Shown here: positions 38,821 through 50,754 of the stretch, piece after piece
Numbering within the stretch: position 1 is the stretch's first letter
How the letters are laid out: every line of letters begins with the position of its first letter
Notes under the pieces: model-generated
Database searches by the model: none
What the model was told of the DNA's origin: nothing
The model's input: only the letters and a program-made list of their open reading frames with translations
DNA from: Acaryochloridaceae cyanobacterium VAR_48_metabat_390
GTDB lineage: Bacteria; Cyanobacteriota; Cyanobacteriia; Thermosynechococcales; Thermosynechococcaceae
NCBI GenBank assembly: GCA_031422435.1
Contig: JANPLU010000030.1
Span: 64,001-128,000, forward strand
Direction of reading: 5' to 3'
DNA: 64,000 bases
Made by a program: the position numbers and the translations under genes

Positions 38821-39312
38821 CTAGGCACTTAAAACCCGATCCAACCAGCGGTTCACAACGCCGCGAACTTGATGGGTACGGTACCATCGCTGAAAGGCTT
38901 TTTCGTAGGCTTCCCCGCTGATGTGCAAAACGTTCCAGGTTTTAAGTCCTAAAAATAAGCCCCAAAACAAAAGAATGTAAAGCGACCAGGGAAACCCAAA
39001 TCCCATTAATACATTGAGCAGAATTAGGCTGCCGTTAATGATGCTAAAGCGACCCACTTTTCGCTTAAGGTCTGCGCGCCGATGCTGATTAAAGGCTTCG
39101 CGCTTTTGGTTTTCGTCGTTAGACTGCATCCAGGCTTTTTCGGCCTGCTGCACAATCGCCGCCGGAATCGCTAAATCTTGGGCAATGTCAAGAAGCTGCG
39201 TGCGGGAGAATTCACCTGCGTAGGCGTGCTGGGCGATCGCTAGGTTCAGGATTTGCTGCACCTCTTCTTGAGAATAGATCTGCTTATCGTCGGGCGCTTC
39301 AGAATTTGCCAT
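38821..39312 (-). CDS. 2TM-domain protein
   Basis: YSQEEVQQILNLAIA N-terminus; two C-terminal TM helices (WSLYILLFWGL). Confidence 0.7.
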   Translation of the reverse strand: MANSEAPDDKQIYSQEEVQQILNLAIAQHAYAGEFSRTQLLDIAQDLAIPAAIVQQAEKAWMQSNDENQKREAFNQHRRADLKRKVGRFSIINGSLILLNVLMGFGFPWSLYILLFWGLFLGLKTWNVLHISGEAYEKAFQRWYRTHQVRGVVNRWLDRVLSA

Positions 39313-39442
39313 CTTGATTGTTCTCCCCTGAATGCATCCAGGATCAGATATGAACTTATTTTAATCATTCCACCTAAGGATGAGCCAACCCTCTGTGCTC
39401 AGGTCGAAATAGCCGTACCTCCTCCGTTTTGATACTGCGAAT

Positions 39443-40525
39443 TTGCATATTTCCACGCCATTGACTAAGGTGTCTAAATCAAAGTCTGTCGAGAGCTTTT
39501 TGCCACAGCATTTGCCACAGCACTGGTTCTCTAAAATAGACGGCTATTCTCTCTCCTTACTGGATCTGCCTATGCGTTGGTTTACATACCCCAAGCGATC
39601 GCCCTTCTTTCCCTTAAGTTTGTGGTTTCGCACCCAGTTTCACACCCTTAAACTTCAGATTCAGTCTACGCCTCTAGCGCTCAGACTATCTGTTGTTTTA
39701 ATCGCCCTTCTGGGAACCGTATTGGTACACCCTGCCCAAGCATTTCTCGCGCAAATCACGCCTACTGCACCCCAACTGGGCGACACGATTACCGTCACAA
39801 TGCAGGCCGATACGGGGGGCAGCGCTGCGCCTCAAGTGCGTTTTGGTGCCAAAAATTATCCTGCATTTAGCGTGGGGGCAAACCGTTATCGCACGCTGTT
39901 GCCTACCACGCCCCTAGATAAGCCAGGGCCTTTCACTGTTCAGGTCGATAAAGCTGGGGAGTCGCGCGCGTTTAAGCTCAATCTTAAAAAACGGTGGTTT
40001 CCGACTCAGAGTATTTGGTTGCCGCCTGGAAAAGATTCCAATGTCGATGAGTATGAATTTGATCAGGTAGATGCATTTAAAGCCATCGTGTCACCTCAAA
40101 AATTCTGGAATGGCCCGTTTCGCAAGCCGAATAATGGCCCTGTCACCACAATTTACGGCGTGCGTCGCTACTACAACGGCGTGTTTGCAAAAGACTACTT
40201 CCATCGCGGGGTCGATTATGCGGGGGCTTACGGATCTCCTATCGTGGCACCTGCCGATGGACGGGTGGCGCTGGTAGGTCGAGAAGCCAAACGCTTTAAA
40301 GTTCACGGCAACTGTGTAGGACTCGATCACGGTCAAGGCGTGGAAAGTATTTACTTGCATCTCAGCCGAATTGATGTCAAGGAAGGAGACTTTGTGAAGG
40401 CGGGGCAGGTTATAGGCGCTCTGGGAGGGACAGGCGCTGTAACCGGCCCTCACCTCCATTGGGGGCTATTTGTGTTTGGTAAATCAGTAGATCCAACGCC
40501 TTGGCGCAATCAGGGATTCAACTAA
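39443..40525 (+). CDS. M23-family metallopeptidase (true start probably further downstream)
   Basis: HRGVD, YLHLS, TGPHLHW. Confidence 0.9.
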   Translation: MHISTPLTKVSKSKSVESFLPQHLPQHWFSKIDGYSLSLLDLPMRWFTYPKRSPFFPLSLWFRTQFHTLKLQIQSTPLALRLSVVLIALLGTVLVHPAQAFLAQITPTAPQLGDTITVTMQADTGGSAAPQVRFGAKNYPAFSVGANRYRTLLPTTPLDKPGPFTVQVDKAGESRAFKLNLKKRWFPTQSIWLPPGKDSNVDEYEFDQVDAFKAIVSPQKFWNGPFRKPNNGPVTTIYGVRRYYNGVFAKDYFHRGVDYAGAYGSPIVAPADGRVALVGREAKRFKVHGNCVGLDHGQGVESIYLHLSRIDVKEGDFVKAGQVIGALGGTGAVTGPHLHWGLFVFGKSVDPTPWRNQGFN

Positions 40526-40650
40526 GCGTTCTCTAATTGCGCAGGGGTGCGCAGACTTAGAAGTGTTGCTAAACTCTAAAGAATTCTGGTGAAAGACAAA
40601 GATTTTTTGCTCTGAGTCTGCCTACCCCCTTTGCTAATCGCCCAACTGAT

Positions 40651-43600
40651 ATGACAGATACTTCGGTTCAAGCCTCGGTGCCCTTTGTCAACGATGCTCA
40701 GGATGCAATGGCGGCAGTGAATAGTGGCGGTTTAGCCGCTCCTCAGCCAGTCCAATTAAGTTTATCCACGCAGATCGGCATTTCAGGTTTAACTCAGACG
40801 ATTGGGTTTGCCGAACGTCACATTGGTTCAAAGGCTGGAGAACTTCAGGCCATGCTAGGGTCGCTGGGGTTAGGTTCTCTTGAAGATCTTGCGAACAAAG
40901 CCGTGCCTGCTGCCATTCGGCTCCAGTCACCCCTAAACCTAGCGCCTGCTGCTACGGAGTCTGAAGCGCTGGGGATATTGAGGGCGATCGCCGACCAAAA
41001 CCAGGTCTTCCGCTCCTATATTGGGTTGGGCTACTCCGGCTGCATTACGCCCCCAGTCATTCAGCGCAATATTTTAGAAAACCCAGGCTGGTATACCCAG
41101 TACACCCCTTACCAGGCCGAAATTGCCCAGGGTCGCCTTGAGGCGCTGTTGAACTATCAAACGATGGTGACAGACTTAACGGGGCTAGAAATTGCCAATG
41201 CTTCCCTACTTGATGAAGGAACTGCCGCTGCCGAAGCCATGACTATGTGCTTCAACCTCAGTAAAAAGAAAGACGCAAAGACATTTTTTGTCTCCCAAAC
41301 CTGCCATCCCCAGACCATTGCAGTCATTCGTACCCGTGCGATGCCTTTAGAGATTGACGTGGTGGTTGGCGATCACCAAATGTACGATTTTGCCAGCGCC
41401 CCTACTTTCGGCGCACTGCTCCAGTACCCTGCCAGTGACGGTACTGTTCATGACTACCGTGCATTTGTCGAAAAAGCCCATGCCAGTGGCGCACTGGTCA
41501 CAATTGCCGCAGACCTTTTGAGCCTTACCTTACTGACCCCACCTGGGGAATTTGGCGCAGATATTGCGGTTGGCAGCACGCAGCGATTTGGAGTGCCCTT
41601 TGGTTACGGTGGGCCTCACGCTGCGTATTTCGCCACAAAAGATGCCTTTAAGCGTCAAATTCCAGGGCGAATTGTGGGTGTATCCCATGATGTGCAGGGC
41701 AATACTGCCCTACGCCTTGCCCTCCAAACCCGCGAGCAGCATATCCGGCGAGATAAGGCGACGAGCAATATCTGTACGGCACAGGTGCTGCTCGCGGTGA
41801 TGGCAAGTATGTACGCGGTCTATCACGGTTCCACTGGACTGAAGCAAATTGCAGCGCGGACACATCAGTTGACTTCGCTGTTGGCAATTGGCTTAGGTCG
41901 TCTGGGCTTCGTTGTTAAAACCGAGCGATTTTTTGACACGATTCAGGTGGGTCTGGGTGCAGTGACGCTGGGTGAATTAGAAGGGCGATCGCAGTCCTAC
42001 CGCATCAACTTCCGCCCTGTAGATCAACAGACCGTCGGTATCTCCCTAGATGAAACGGTCTCTGTGCAGGACGTTTGGGATATTTTGACGGTGTTCGCTG
42101 GAAGTACCGCCCTAGACTTCACGATAGAAAGCCTGATAGAAGCGCTGCCGTCAGGGTACGAAGCCCCCTTTGCGCGGACGAGTGCCTATCTCACCCATCC
42201 GATCTTTAATCAGTATCATTCTGAAACCGAGCTGCTGCGCTATGTCCAGCGTCTGCAATCGAAGGATTTATCGCTGACGCACTCCATGATTCCGCTGGGG
42301 TCCTGCACCATGAAGCTGAACGCCACCGCAGAAATGATTCCGGTGACGTGGCCTGAGTTTGGTCAAATTCATCCCTTTGCACCCCTCTCCCAAACCCAGG
42401 GCTACCAGGTTTTGTTTCAGCAGCTTGAGCAAATGCTGGGGGAAATTACGGGGTTTGACGGCATTTCTCTTCAGCCTAATGCGGGTTCTCAAGGCGAATA
42501 CGCAGGGCTATTGGTGATTCGCAGCTACCACGAAAGTCGGGGCGATCGCCACCGCACTATCTGCCTCATCCCAGACTCCGCCCACGGTACCAACCCCGCT
42601 AGCGCCGTCATGGCAGGCATGAAGGTCGTGGTAGTGGGCTGTGATGAAGACGGCAACATTGATATGGATGACCTGCAATCCAAAGCAGAGGCTCACAAAG
42701 AAAATCTTGCCGCCTTGATGGTGACGTATCCTTCTACCCACGGAGTGTTTGAAGAAGGCATCCGCGACATTTGCAACATCATCCATGCCAATGGCGGTCA
42801 GGTCTATATGGATGGTGCAAATATGAACGCCCAGGTGGGGCTATGCCGTCCCGCAGACTTTGGAGCGGATGTTTGCCACCTGAATCTACATAAAACCTTC
42901 TGTATTCCCCACGGTGGCGGCGGCCCAGGGATGGGTCCCATTGGCGTTAAGGCACATCTGATTCCCTTCTTACCCAACCATCCCCTCACGGCGGTAGGTG
43001 GCGCGCAAAGCCTTGGGCCAGTTTCCGCAGCGCCTTGGGGCAGCGCTAGTATTCTGCCCATTTCTTGGATGTACATTGCCATGATGGGTGCCGATGGCCT
43101 GACGGATGCCACTAAGGTCGCAATCCTTAATGCCAACTACATGGCGCAGCGTCTCGATCCTTACTATCCGGTTTTATTCAAAGGTACTTCAGGGCTAGTG
43201 GCTCACGAGTGCATTTTAGATCTGCGCCATCTCAAAAAGTCAGCAGGTATTGAAGTCGAAGATATTGCCAAACGCCTGATTGACTATGGCTATCATGCAC
43301 CCACGGTGTCTTGGCCTGTCCCTGGCACCATCATGATTGAGCCAACGGAAAGCGAATCAAAGGCTGAGCTAGATCGCTTTTGTGAGGCGATGATTGCTAT
43401 CCGTGCCGAAATTGCGGAGATTGAAGCGGGTCAAGTGGATGCCCAAGACAACCCCCTCAAATATGCCCCTCATACGGCGGCAGTGGTGACAGCAGACGAA
43501 TGGACTCACTCCTATTCGCGTCAGAAGGCTGCGTTTCCGGCTGACTGGGCGCGGGAGAGCAAGTTTTGGCCTGCGGTGGGGCGAATTGATAATGCCTATG

Positions 43601-43653
43601 GTGATCGCAATTTAGTTTGTAGCTGTTTGCCTATAGACGCCTACGCCCATTGA
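40651..43653 (+). CDS. gcvP: Glycine dehydrogenase (P protein)
   Basis: [42 protein letters not shown]. Confidence 0.98.
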   Translation: MTDTSVQASVPFVNDAQDAMAAVNSGGLAAPQPVQLSLSTQIGISGLTQTIGFAERHIGSKAGELQAMLGSLGLGSLEDLANKAVPAAIRLQSPLNLAPAATESEALGILRAIADQNQVFRSYIGLGYSGCITPPVIQRNILENPGWYTQYTPYQAEIAQGRLEALLNYQTMVTDLTGLEIANASLLDEGTAAAEAMTMCFNLSKKKDAKTFFVSQTCHPQTIAVIRTRAMPLEIDVVVGDHQMYDFASAPTFGALLQYPASDGTVHDYRAFVEKAHASGALVTIAADLLSLTLLTPPGEFGADIAVGSTQRFGVPFGYGGPHAAYFATKDAFKRQIPGRIVGVSHDVQGNTALRLALQTREQHIRRDKATSNICTAQVLLAVMASMYAVYHGSTGLKQIAARTHQLTSLLAIGLGRLGFVVKTERFFDTIQVGLGAVTLGELEGRSQSYRINFRPVDQQTVGISLDETVSVQDVWDILTVFAGSTALDFTIESLIEALPSGYEAPFARTSAYLTHPIFNQYHSETELLRYVQRLQSKDLSLTHSMIPLGSCTMKLNATAEMIPVTWPEFGQIHPFAPLSQTQGYQVLFQQLEQMLGEITGFDGISLQPNAGSQGEYAGLLVIRSYHESRGDRHRTICLIPDSAHGTNPASAVMAGMKVVVVGCDEDGNIDMDDLQSKAEAHKENLAALMVTYPSTHGVFEEGIRDICNIIHANGGQVYMDGANMNAQVGLCRPADFGADVCHLNLHKTFCIPHGGGGPGMGPIGVKAHLIPFLPNHPLTAVGGAQSLGPVSAAPWGSASILPISWMYIAMMGADGLTDATKVAILNANYMAQRLDPYYPVLFKGTSGLVAHECILDLRHLKKSAGIEVEDIAKRLIDYGYHAPTVSWPVPGTIMIEPTESESKAELDRFCEAMIAIRAEIAEIEAGQVDAQDNPLKYAPHTAAVVTADEWTHSYSRQKAAFPADWARESKFWPAVGRIDNAYGDRNLVCSCLPIDAYAH

Positions 43654-43693
43654 ATCAATAGACCCTTGGCATAAATTCATTCAATCCATGAGC

Positions 43694-44506
43694 CTAAAAA
43701 TGCTGTATCGCTGAGCTGCCCACGCCCTGAAACATCAGCCAAGACATCACAAAATTGCTAATAAAAATAAACAGCAGCGTCGTCACCACAGCCGCCGTTG
43801 TAGATTGCCCCACACCCTTAGCGCCTCCCGTGGTAGTTAGCCCCCAGCTAGAGCCAATAATGGCAATAATGGCACCAAACACCATTGCCTTTAGCAGCGC
43901 ACTCCAAATATCCCAGAGCGTCATAAAAGACTGTACTGAATCCAGAAAAGCCCCAGCGGGAATCCCGTACATTAATGCAGCAACGCCCATTCCTCCGCCA
44001 ATACCTGTCATCAGACAAAAGATTGTCAAGACAGGCAGCATTACGCAGCAGGCAATCAGCCGTGGAATCACCAGATAATCTACCGGATCGGTATTGAGCA
44101 TCTGAAGCGCATCAATTTGCTCGGTCACCCGCATGGTGCCAATTTCTGCGGCAAAAGCAGAGCAGACGCGTCCCGTCAAAATGACCGCCGTCAACACAGG
44201 TCCCAGTTCACGGGTCAACGCTAAAGCCAAGACCCCACCGACAGCGCTGCCCAGCCCAAAATTGAGGAACTCCCGCGCCACCTGAATGGTGAACACCATC
44301 CCCACAAAGGTCGCGGTCAGCAGCGCTACCAGCAGAGACTCTGGTCCTACGATCGCCATTTGCTCTAGGGTATTTCGGCGATGGATTTTGCCCTGAATAA
44401 GATGCACCAATACCTGACCACCGAGTAAGACGGCGGATAGTAACCTTTTGCTCCAGGTATTGAAGCTCTTCCACTCAAAGCGCAACTGATGCCGAGGCTT
44501 GACCAT
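43694..44506 (-). CDS. mlaE: MlaE/TGD1 lipid ABC permease
   Basis: RELGPVLTA, AEIGTMRVTEQIDAL, GGAKGVG. Confidence 0.93.
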   Translation of the reverse strand: MVKPRHQLRFEWKSFNTWSKRLLSAVLLGGQVLVHLIQGKIHRRNTLEQMAIVGPESLLVALLTATFVGMVFTIQVAREFLNFGLGSAVGGVLALALTRELGPVLTAVILTGRVCSAFAAEIGTMRVTEQIDALQMLNTDPVDYLVIPRLIACCVMLPVLTIFCLMTGIGGGMGVAALMYGIPAGAFLDSVQSFMTLWDIWSALLKAMVFGAIIAIIGSSWGLTTTGGAKGVGQSTTAAVVTTLLFIFISNFVMSWLMFQGVGSSAIQHF

Positions 44507-44633
44507 AAGCCGTAGGAGATACCCTCAAATCCACTAATTCAGCCTGACTGGAATTTTGACAGGTTTATCTCTTTGGAGTGGCTTTAGAGTCTTAAGCCTT
44601 TACAAAAAACAACAGATAAAGGGGCGACGACTT

Positions 44634-45836
44634 CTATCCCCGCAGCTTCTGCGACCAAACCCGTGTGGGCAGACCCCACACGTAAATGAACCCTTCTGCC
44701 GCCTTATGGTCAAAGGCATCATCACTGCCGTAGGTGGCAAGGTCAGACGCATAGAGCGAGAATTCAGACTTTCGCCCAACGGGGGCGGCAATGCCCTTAA
44801 AGAACTTCATTCGTACCACGCCTGTTACCCGCTGTTGGGTTTGCCCAATAAAGGCATCCAGCGCCTGTTTGAGCGGGCTATACCAAAGGCCGTTATAGAC
44901 AAGCTGGCTATAGCTTTCTTCAATGCCGCGCTTGTAGTGGCTAACGTCAGCGGTTAGCGTGAGGCTTTCGAGGTCGCGGTGGGCGGTAATGAGCGCAATG
45001 AGGGCAGGGGCTTCGTAAATTTCACGAGATTTAATGCCTACCAGTCGGTTTTCAACCATGTCGATGCGGCCTACGCCGTGGCGACCTGCCGTTTGGTTGA
45101 GGTGACGTACTAGCTCAACAGAGGCAAGGGGTTTACCGTTCAGCGCGGTGGGCAAGCCTTTCTCAAAGCTGATTTCAACGTATTCTGGCTCATTGGGCGT
45201 GTTGGCGATCGCCGTTGTCAACCCAAAAACCTCCTCCAATGGCTCAGTCCACGGGTCTTCGAGAGGCCCTGCCTCAATGCTGCGTCCCAGCAAGTTGGTA
45301 TCAATACTGTAGGGCGACGATTTTTTGACCGGAGATGGGATGCCATAGCGTTCACCATAGGCGATGGTCTCTTCGCGGCTCATGCCCCATTCCCGGGCAG
45401 GGGCAAGCACTTTAAGGCTAGGATTGAGAGCGGTAATCGAAACATCAAAACGCACCTGGTCATTGCCTTTGCCCGTACAGCCGTGGGCTACTGCATCTGC
45501 GCCGTAGCGGTCGGCAGCCTCAACCAAGAGTTTGGCAATCAAGGGACGCGCCAATGCCGTTGAGAGCGGATAGCGATTTTCGTAGAGGGCATTGGCCTGA
45601 ATCGCGGGGAATGCGTAGTCTTCAATAAAGCTTTGGGTCGCATCCGCCACCAACGATTCTTCGGCTCCGGAATCTAGCGCCTTTTTTTGGATCGGGCCTA
45701 GCTCATCTCCCTGTCCCAAGTCAGCCGCCAGGGTAATGACCGACTCAACTCCCCACTCTTTCATAAGGTAAGGAATACAAACAGAGGTATCCACCCCACC
45801 GGAATAAGCCAATACAACCTTTTTGGCACGCCCCAT
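44634..45836 (-). CDS. argG: Argininosuccinate synthase
   Basis: [35 protein letters not shown] at 45836. Confidence 0.98.
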   Translation of the reverse strand: MGRAKKVVLAYSGGVDTSVCIPYLMKEWGVESVITLAADLGQGDELGPIQKKALDSGAEESLVADATQSFIEDYAFPAIQANALYENRYPLSTALARPLIAKLLVEAADRYGADAVAHGCTGKGNDQVRFDVSITALNPSLKVLAPAREWGMSREETIAYGERYGIPSPVKKSSPYSIDTNLLGRSIEAGPLEDPWTEPLEEVFGLTTAIANTPNEPEYVEISFEKGLPTALNGKPLASVELVRHLNQTAGRHGVGRIDMVENRLVGIKSREIYEAPALIALITAHRDLESLTLTADVSHYKRGIEESYSQLVYNGLWYSPLKQALDAFIGQTQQRVTGVVRMKFFKGIAAPVGRKSEFSLYASDLATYGSDDAFDHKAAEGFIYVWGLPTRVWSQKLRG

Positions 45837-45991
45837 AGTCTTCTCACGCAAAATGACAACAGGCTCCTATCTTAAGGGATTAAGCCCAGTTCAGCCGCAT
45901 CTTTTTTGAGGAGGCGATCGCAGAAAAACTCCCCTGCTTGGCGACCGCGAGAGTCTTTATACTAGGAACGTCTGAACCAAGGAGTGCGCCT

Positions 45992-46900
45992 GTGTTTTGC
46001 AGCATTGTAATTCCAACTTATAATCGTAAGCCGATTTTAGAAAAATGCTTGCGGGCACTAGAAAAACAGACCTATTGCGGCAGCTACGAAGTGGTTGTCG
46101 TAGACGACGGCTCGACGGATGACACCATTCCTTGGCTTCAGGAACAGGCGCTTACCTTTCCCCACGTCCGGCTACTGCAACAAAACCATCAAGGGCCTGC
46201 CGCTGCCCGTAACTTTGGTGTTGAACAGGCGGCAGGAGACACCATTGTTTTTATTGACAGTGACCTCGTGGTTACGGAGGTGTTTCTGCAAGCGCATATA
46301 GAGGCGATGACCCAAGCCCAGCAGTCACTGGGGCATAATCGCCTATTTACCTATGGCGCAGTCATTAACACTAGCAACTTTGATGCCCCCACTGCCGAAG
46401 CCTACAAAATCACCGATTTTTCAGCCGCCTACTTTGCCACTGGAAATGTGATGATTTTTAGACAGTGGCTCCTTCAGGCAGGGTTATTTGACACGCAATT
46501 TTCTCTCTACGGCTGGGAAGACCTAGAGCTAGGCATTCGTCTCAAAAACCTGGGGTTAAAACTGGTCAAAGTTCCCGAAGCCGTCGGATATCATTGGCAT
46601 CCAGCCTTTACGCTCGATCAGCTTCCGGCACTAATTGATCAAGAACTCCAGCGCGGCAAAATGGGTGCGGTTTTTTACCGAAAACATCCGACCTGGGCAG
46701 TCAAAATGATGCTACAAATGACGACGCTGCACTGGTGCTTGTGGGGTGGCCTGTCTTTGGGAGGAACCCTAAACGAGCGCTCCTTGCGTCCAGTCATGGC
46801 TTGGCTGATTCAAAAAGGCAAGCCAAGTTTAGCCTACCAAGTTGCTCGGATTTTTCTAAACTGGTACTGCTTGCAGGGGCTTAATCAAGCGATCCGGTAG
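45992..46900 (+). CDS. Glycosyltransferase family 2
   Basis: SIVIPTYNR, VVDDGSTD, FIDSD, YGWEDLE; AAGGAG RBS before GTG at 45992. Confidence 0.92.
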   Translation: MFCSIVIPTYNRKPILEKCLRALEKQTYCGSYEVVVVDDGSTDDTIPWLQEQALTFPHVRLLQQNHQGPAAARNFGVEQAAGDTIVFIDSDLVVTEVFLQAHIEAMTQAQQSLGHNRLFTYGAVINTSNFDAPTAEAYKITDFSAAYFATGNVMIFRQWLLQAGLFDTQFSLYGWEDLELGIRLKNLGLKLVKVPEAVGYHWHPAFTLDQLPALIDQELQRGKMGAVFYRKHPTWAVKMMLQMTTLHWCLWGGLSLGGTLNERSLRPVMAWLIQKGKPSLAYQVARIFLNWYCLQGLNQAIR

Positions 46901-46929
46901 AGCGTCCACACCTTGCTAAACCATTACCT

Positions 46930-47577
46930 TTAGCGCAGAAAAGAGCTGACCAGCCAAAACAGGACAAAAATGACCAGTGTGGCAATGGTTTGAGAAGTAA
47001 TGCCTAGAGGCGGTAGACCAAACTGTAACAAAAGCGTACTCAATAGCCCACCTAAAACTAAAGTGCCTAGGGTGAGCAAAAAGGCGCGACCTAGCCGCTG
47101 CTCTTTGCGATTGAGCCAATACATCGTGAACCCAACACCGAGCGCCACCAAGAAAGCCAGCGAGTCTTCTGTCCGGCCTGCTGTAGGCGACTGATTGACC
47201 ACCGCAATGGTTCCTAATGCCGTAAAGACGCCTGCTGAGGTCAACACTTCGGTGCCACTGGGCTTATCAAGGGTCTCCTGAAGCCATGCGGGGGTTTGTG
47301 TTGCTTTAGATATTGCTGCGGCTCTAGATGCTTTTTCCGCAATTTTTTCAGCAAACCGAATGCCTTCGGGGACGGTCACTTTGCCTTCTTGGCGCTTGCG
47401 CAGCCGATCCATCAAGATGGCATCGTAGGCGGTCTCAATATCTTGCCGCGCCCGTTCATCATTGGGATGGTTCTCAACGAGGCGATCGCGGGCACTCTGA
47501 ATCTCTTCAAAGGAAGCATCTTCAGGCACTTCCAGCTTTGAGTAGGGATTTTGTTCGCTCATGCGCTTGTCTTCCAT
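46930..47577 (-). CDS. CPP1-like J-domain membrane protein
   Basis: NPYSKLEVPEDASFEEIQ..., AYDAILMDRLRKRQEGK, C-terminal TM helices. Confidence 0.85.
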   Translation of the reverse strand: MEDKRMSEQNPYSKLEVPEDASFEEIQSARDRLVENHPNDERARQDIETAYDAILMDRLRKRQEGKVTVPEGIRFAEKIAEKASRAAAISKATQTPAWLQETLDKPSGTEVLTSAGVFTALGTIAVVNQSPTAGRTEDSLAFLVALGVGFTMYWLNRKEQRLGRAFLLTLGTLVLGGLLSTLLLQFGLPPLGITSQTIATLVIFVLFWLVSSFLR

Positions 47578-47710
47578 GGCCCTTCCAGATGATTGAGATC
47601 GTAAACTTTTCTGGCAGCCACTGCTGCGCTCAGCTTTCTTTTCTTAGTCTAACGGTTGTCGAATAAACCTACTCTTAAATTTAATGCGTCCAAGCGTCTA
47701 GACTTCAGCT

Positions 47711-48508
47711 CTAGCGCATAGATTTTGCGATCGCAGGTTGACTTTGCAGATAGCCTAAAAATTCCGTCAGTTCTGCATCGCTAAGGTGCTGCCGCGATCG
47801 CTTGCCGTAGGTTTGCTCTAGATAGCGACGACCTTGAGCATTCGTCCAGCCTAGACGCTTTAGCTCAACATCTGTATGGGCAATGATGTCTGATAAGTCA
47901 ACGGGAGCTGCAATAGCGACGGTTGTATTACGACGCTCACTCTCAGAATTTCTGCTGTTGTTCTCCACTCGTGGAGGAACGTAGGAAGGCCGTGCAGTCG
48001 CAGCAGCTTGCGGAAATAACAGCTCTTGCCCCAAAGCCCGACCCGATAGCTGCGGTTGAGCAGGTGCAGAATCAGCAGAACCGCGATCAAACCATGACAT
48101 CTGCTGCTGTGGCGACTCTTGAAAAGCGCGTGCCGCCTGATCTGCCATCGCCCAATCTACCTCTACAGACGGTTGAAACGCAGCTTCTGAAAGGGGCAAA
48201 AACTCACCCGAATAGGCGGTAGGCGTGGGGAGCCTAGTTCGACTTTGGACGGCAGACCTTTCCGGCTCTGCATTGACAATTTGAGCCTGGGTCGAATAGG
48301 GGCGCTCCTCAATCCCCAGAACCACTAGGGCACGAACGCGCGCCTGATCTTCGGCTTGCTCAATGCTGGCTGCTGCCGATAGACCTGTTGCCAGCGTAGA
48401 CCCACCGACTTGAATACTGGCTCGAACAATATATTTACCCTCGTGGATATTGAGCAGTTCTGAAATCAGGCTACCCATGGGATATTGGCTTCTGAACTGA
48501 GCGTACAT
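47711..48508 (-). CDS. Conserved cyanobacterial hypothetical protein
   Basis: Globular N-terminus (GSLISEL...AEDQARVRAL), low-complexity linker, helical C-terminus (LKRLGW...YGKRSR..L). Confidence 0.75.
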   Translation of the reverse strand: MYAQFRSQYPMGSLISELLNIHEGKYIVRASIQVGGSTLATGLSAAASIEQAEDQARVRALVVLGIEERPYSTQAQIVNAEPERSAVQSRTRLPTPTAYSGEFLPLSEAAFQPSVEVDWAMADQAARAFQESPQQQMSWFDRGSADSAPAQPQLSGRALGQELLFPQAAATARPSYVPPRVENNSRNSESERRNTTVAIAAPVDLSDIIAHTDVELKRLGWTNAQGRRYLEQTYGKRSRQHLSDAELTEFLGYLQSQPAIAKSMR

Positions 48509-48741
48509 AGCGGAAAACCTTAAGGCATTAAGCGGTCAAATATGGAGCTAAAGGTGCGGGCGTAGAGGGCACTCAAACAGATCTAGGAACATAGTTTTAT
48601 CATGCCCAGCGAGTGGGGTCAACTGCAATAGATGCGGCTTTCTGTCTAGTAATGAAGGGCTAATGAGCCTTCATAACAAGCAAACTAATGGCACAATAGG
48701 CAACAGAATACATTTTCTCAGCACGATACATTAGCAGCACT

Positions 48742-50031
48742 GTGGCTCAAGTTGTTTTAGAAAATCTTTGTAAAAGCTTTCCAGCACGTCCAGGCCAAAA
48801 ATCTGCGGCGTCAGCACAGCCACTACTCACGGCATCCGGCGCAATCTCCCCCGCCGCCAACCCTCAATCCGGATCGGGTGCAGCGCAGAGCATTTTAAAG
48901 CACGTCAATTTGACCATTGCCGATGGCGAATTTATGGTGCTGGTGGGGCCATCGGGATGTGGTAAAAGTACCCTCCTACGTCTGATTGCCGGACTTGAAA
49001 CGCCTACGCTTGGCAGTATTTGGGTGGGCGATCGCCACGTCAACGACCTGCCTCCCAAGGCGCGCGATATTGCCATGGTGTTTCAAAGCTATGCACTTTA
49101 CCCCCACATGACGGTCTACAACAACCTTGCCTTTGGTTTACGGCGAACAGGCTCACAAATCAAGGGCAGCAGCAATGTTAATTTTGCGGCGCAAATTTCT
49201 AACGCATTTACTCGAATGCTGCCTAAGGCATTGAGTGCCCAATCAAAGCAAGAGCAGGCTGTTAATCAAACCGTGCGGCGGGTTGCTCAAATGCTAGAGC
49301 TAGAACCACTGCTTGATCGCTACCCAAAACAGTTATCTGGCGGTCAAAAGCAGCGGGTTGCCTTAGGACGAGCAATGGCGCGAAACCCTCAAGTTTTTTT
49401 GATGGATGAGCCGCTTTCTAACCTAGACGCAAAGCTGAGGGCGCAAACCCGCGCCCAAATTGTGCAGCTTCAGCGGCAGCTTGGCACCACCACCATCTAT
49501 GTCACCCACGACCAAACCGAAGCCATGACCATGGGCGATCGCATCGCCGTCCTTAACGCTGGCGAAATTCAGCAGATTGCCGCACCCCTAGAGCTATACC
49601 AAAAACCTGCCAATCGCTTTGTTGCAGAGTTTATCGGTTCACCCCCCATGAACTTTATTGACATGGTGGTTAAAGAAGGAACACATCTTGTTCATCCGCA
49701 CTTTAACCTGATGCTCCCTCAAGTCTGGGCTTTAGTGCTTCAGCCCTATATTGGCAAAGCCATTACCCTAGGGATACGACCAGAACATTTCAGCGTAACC
49801 ACCCATAGCGCCCAAACCCTTCCCGTTGAGGTTGCCCTTGTCGAAGCCCTAGGGCATGAAACTTACCTCTCCTGCATTTTGGAGCATGAGGGCATAGAGA
49901 CACCGTATCTTCAGGCTCGCACCTCTCCCCAGCAGGTGATTCAACGCGGCGATCAAATTGGGTTAGCTATTAATCCTGAGCAGGTGCATATTTTTGAAGC
50001 TCAGAGTGGTGTAGCGTTACTTCCAACCTAA
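48742..50031 (+). CDS. Sugar ABC transporter ATP-binding protein (MalK/UgpC family)
   Basis: GPSGCGKST, VFQSYALYPHM, LSGGQKQRVALGR, MDEPLSNLD, GIRPE. Confidence 0.95.
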   Translation: MAQVVLENLCKSFPARPGQKSAASAQPLLTASGAISPAANPQSGSGAAQSILKHVNLTIADGEFMVLVGPSGCGKSTLLRLIAGLETPTLGSIWVGDRHVNDLPPKARDIAMVFQSYALYPHMTVYNNLAFGLRRTGSQIKGSSNVNFAAQISNAFTRMLPKALSAQSKQEQAVNQTVRRVAQMLELEPLLDRYPKQLSGGQKQRVALGRAMARNPQVFLMDEPLSNLDAKLRAQTRAQIVQLQRQLGTTTIYVTHDQTEAMTMGDRIAVLNAGEIQQIAAPLELYQKPANRFVAEFIGSPPMNFIDMVVKEGTHLVHPHFNLMLPQVWALVLQPYIGKAITLGIRPEHFSVTTHSAQTLPVEVALVEALGHETYLSCILEHEGIETPYLQARTSPQQVIQRGDQIGLAINPEQVHIFEAQSGVALLPT

Positions 50032-50413
50032 TCTTCAGAAAAATTCCGTGGGCATTTCCCCTCCTGCGCGTTAGGCTAGATGCAGGGAATAATTAACATT
50101 TGGTGAAGTCTATAGTGCTCTTAACGTTTCAAGCTTTGCAGTGCCCCTCAAAACGATGCCTTGTAGGCAAAAATTCTAAGCCCTATTTGGATCAAAGCGC
50201 TACATAGTTGATACACTTTTGTAAACCTAATGTCTTCTGAACGTTGGAAGCCATTGCATCTTTAGTCATTCAGCTAAAATGCAAGGCCGCAGAATGCTCC
50301 TGCTGGCATCACTCAGCGAGGATGAGACAAACAGAAGACCCAGGTTTAAAGACCGCTACGCGAGAACACCCATTTGGGGGTGGTGAAGAGACTTTGTTGT
50401 GGAGAGGGAATCT

Positions 50414-50725
50414 ATGCTACACCGCAAGATTTATCAGCTTTATAGTGAAGGGCACGAAGTATGGGTGTTCTTACGCGACCAGCAGCGCTGGTTAGAACGT
50501 GCCCGCATTATTGATATGGAAGGCGACCTTGTCACGCTTCGCTATGAAACCGACGAAGAGGATGAGGTGTCTTCTTGGGAAGAAATGGTTCGCCTCGAAA
50601 GTATTGGTGCGGTGACGCGAAAACTAGCTTCGGTCTCTCGAGGGGAAGGAGAACCTCTCGTCTCGGATGATTGCCCTGAAGCGGAGCAAATTCCTAACCC
50701 CCACCCTGAAGCGAACCACGATTAA
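50414..50725 (+). CDS. Conserved acidic small protein (DUF6679-like)
   Basis: MLHRKIYQL...FLRDQQRW...WEEMVRLESIG; ATG at 50414 after GGAGAGGG. Confidence 0.75.
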   Translation: MLHRKIYQLYSEGHEVWVFLRDQQRWLERARIIDMEGDLVTLRYETDEEDEVSSWEEMVRLESIGAVTRKLASVSRGEGEPLVSDDCPEAEQIPNPHPEANHD

Positions 50726-50754
50726 GGCAATTTCTGATCTAGCGATCGCCCCCC

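Noticed and set aside
40526..40650. Glycine riboswitch upstream of gcvP
   Set aside because: The 125-bp spacer lacks the GGAGA...CUCUCAGG aptamer core
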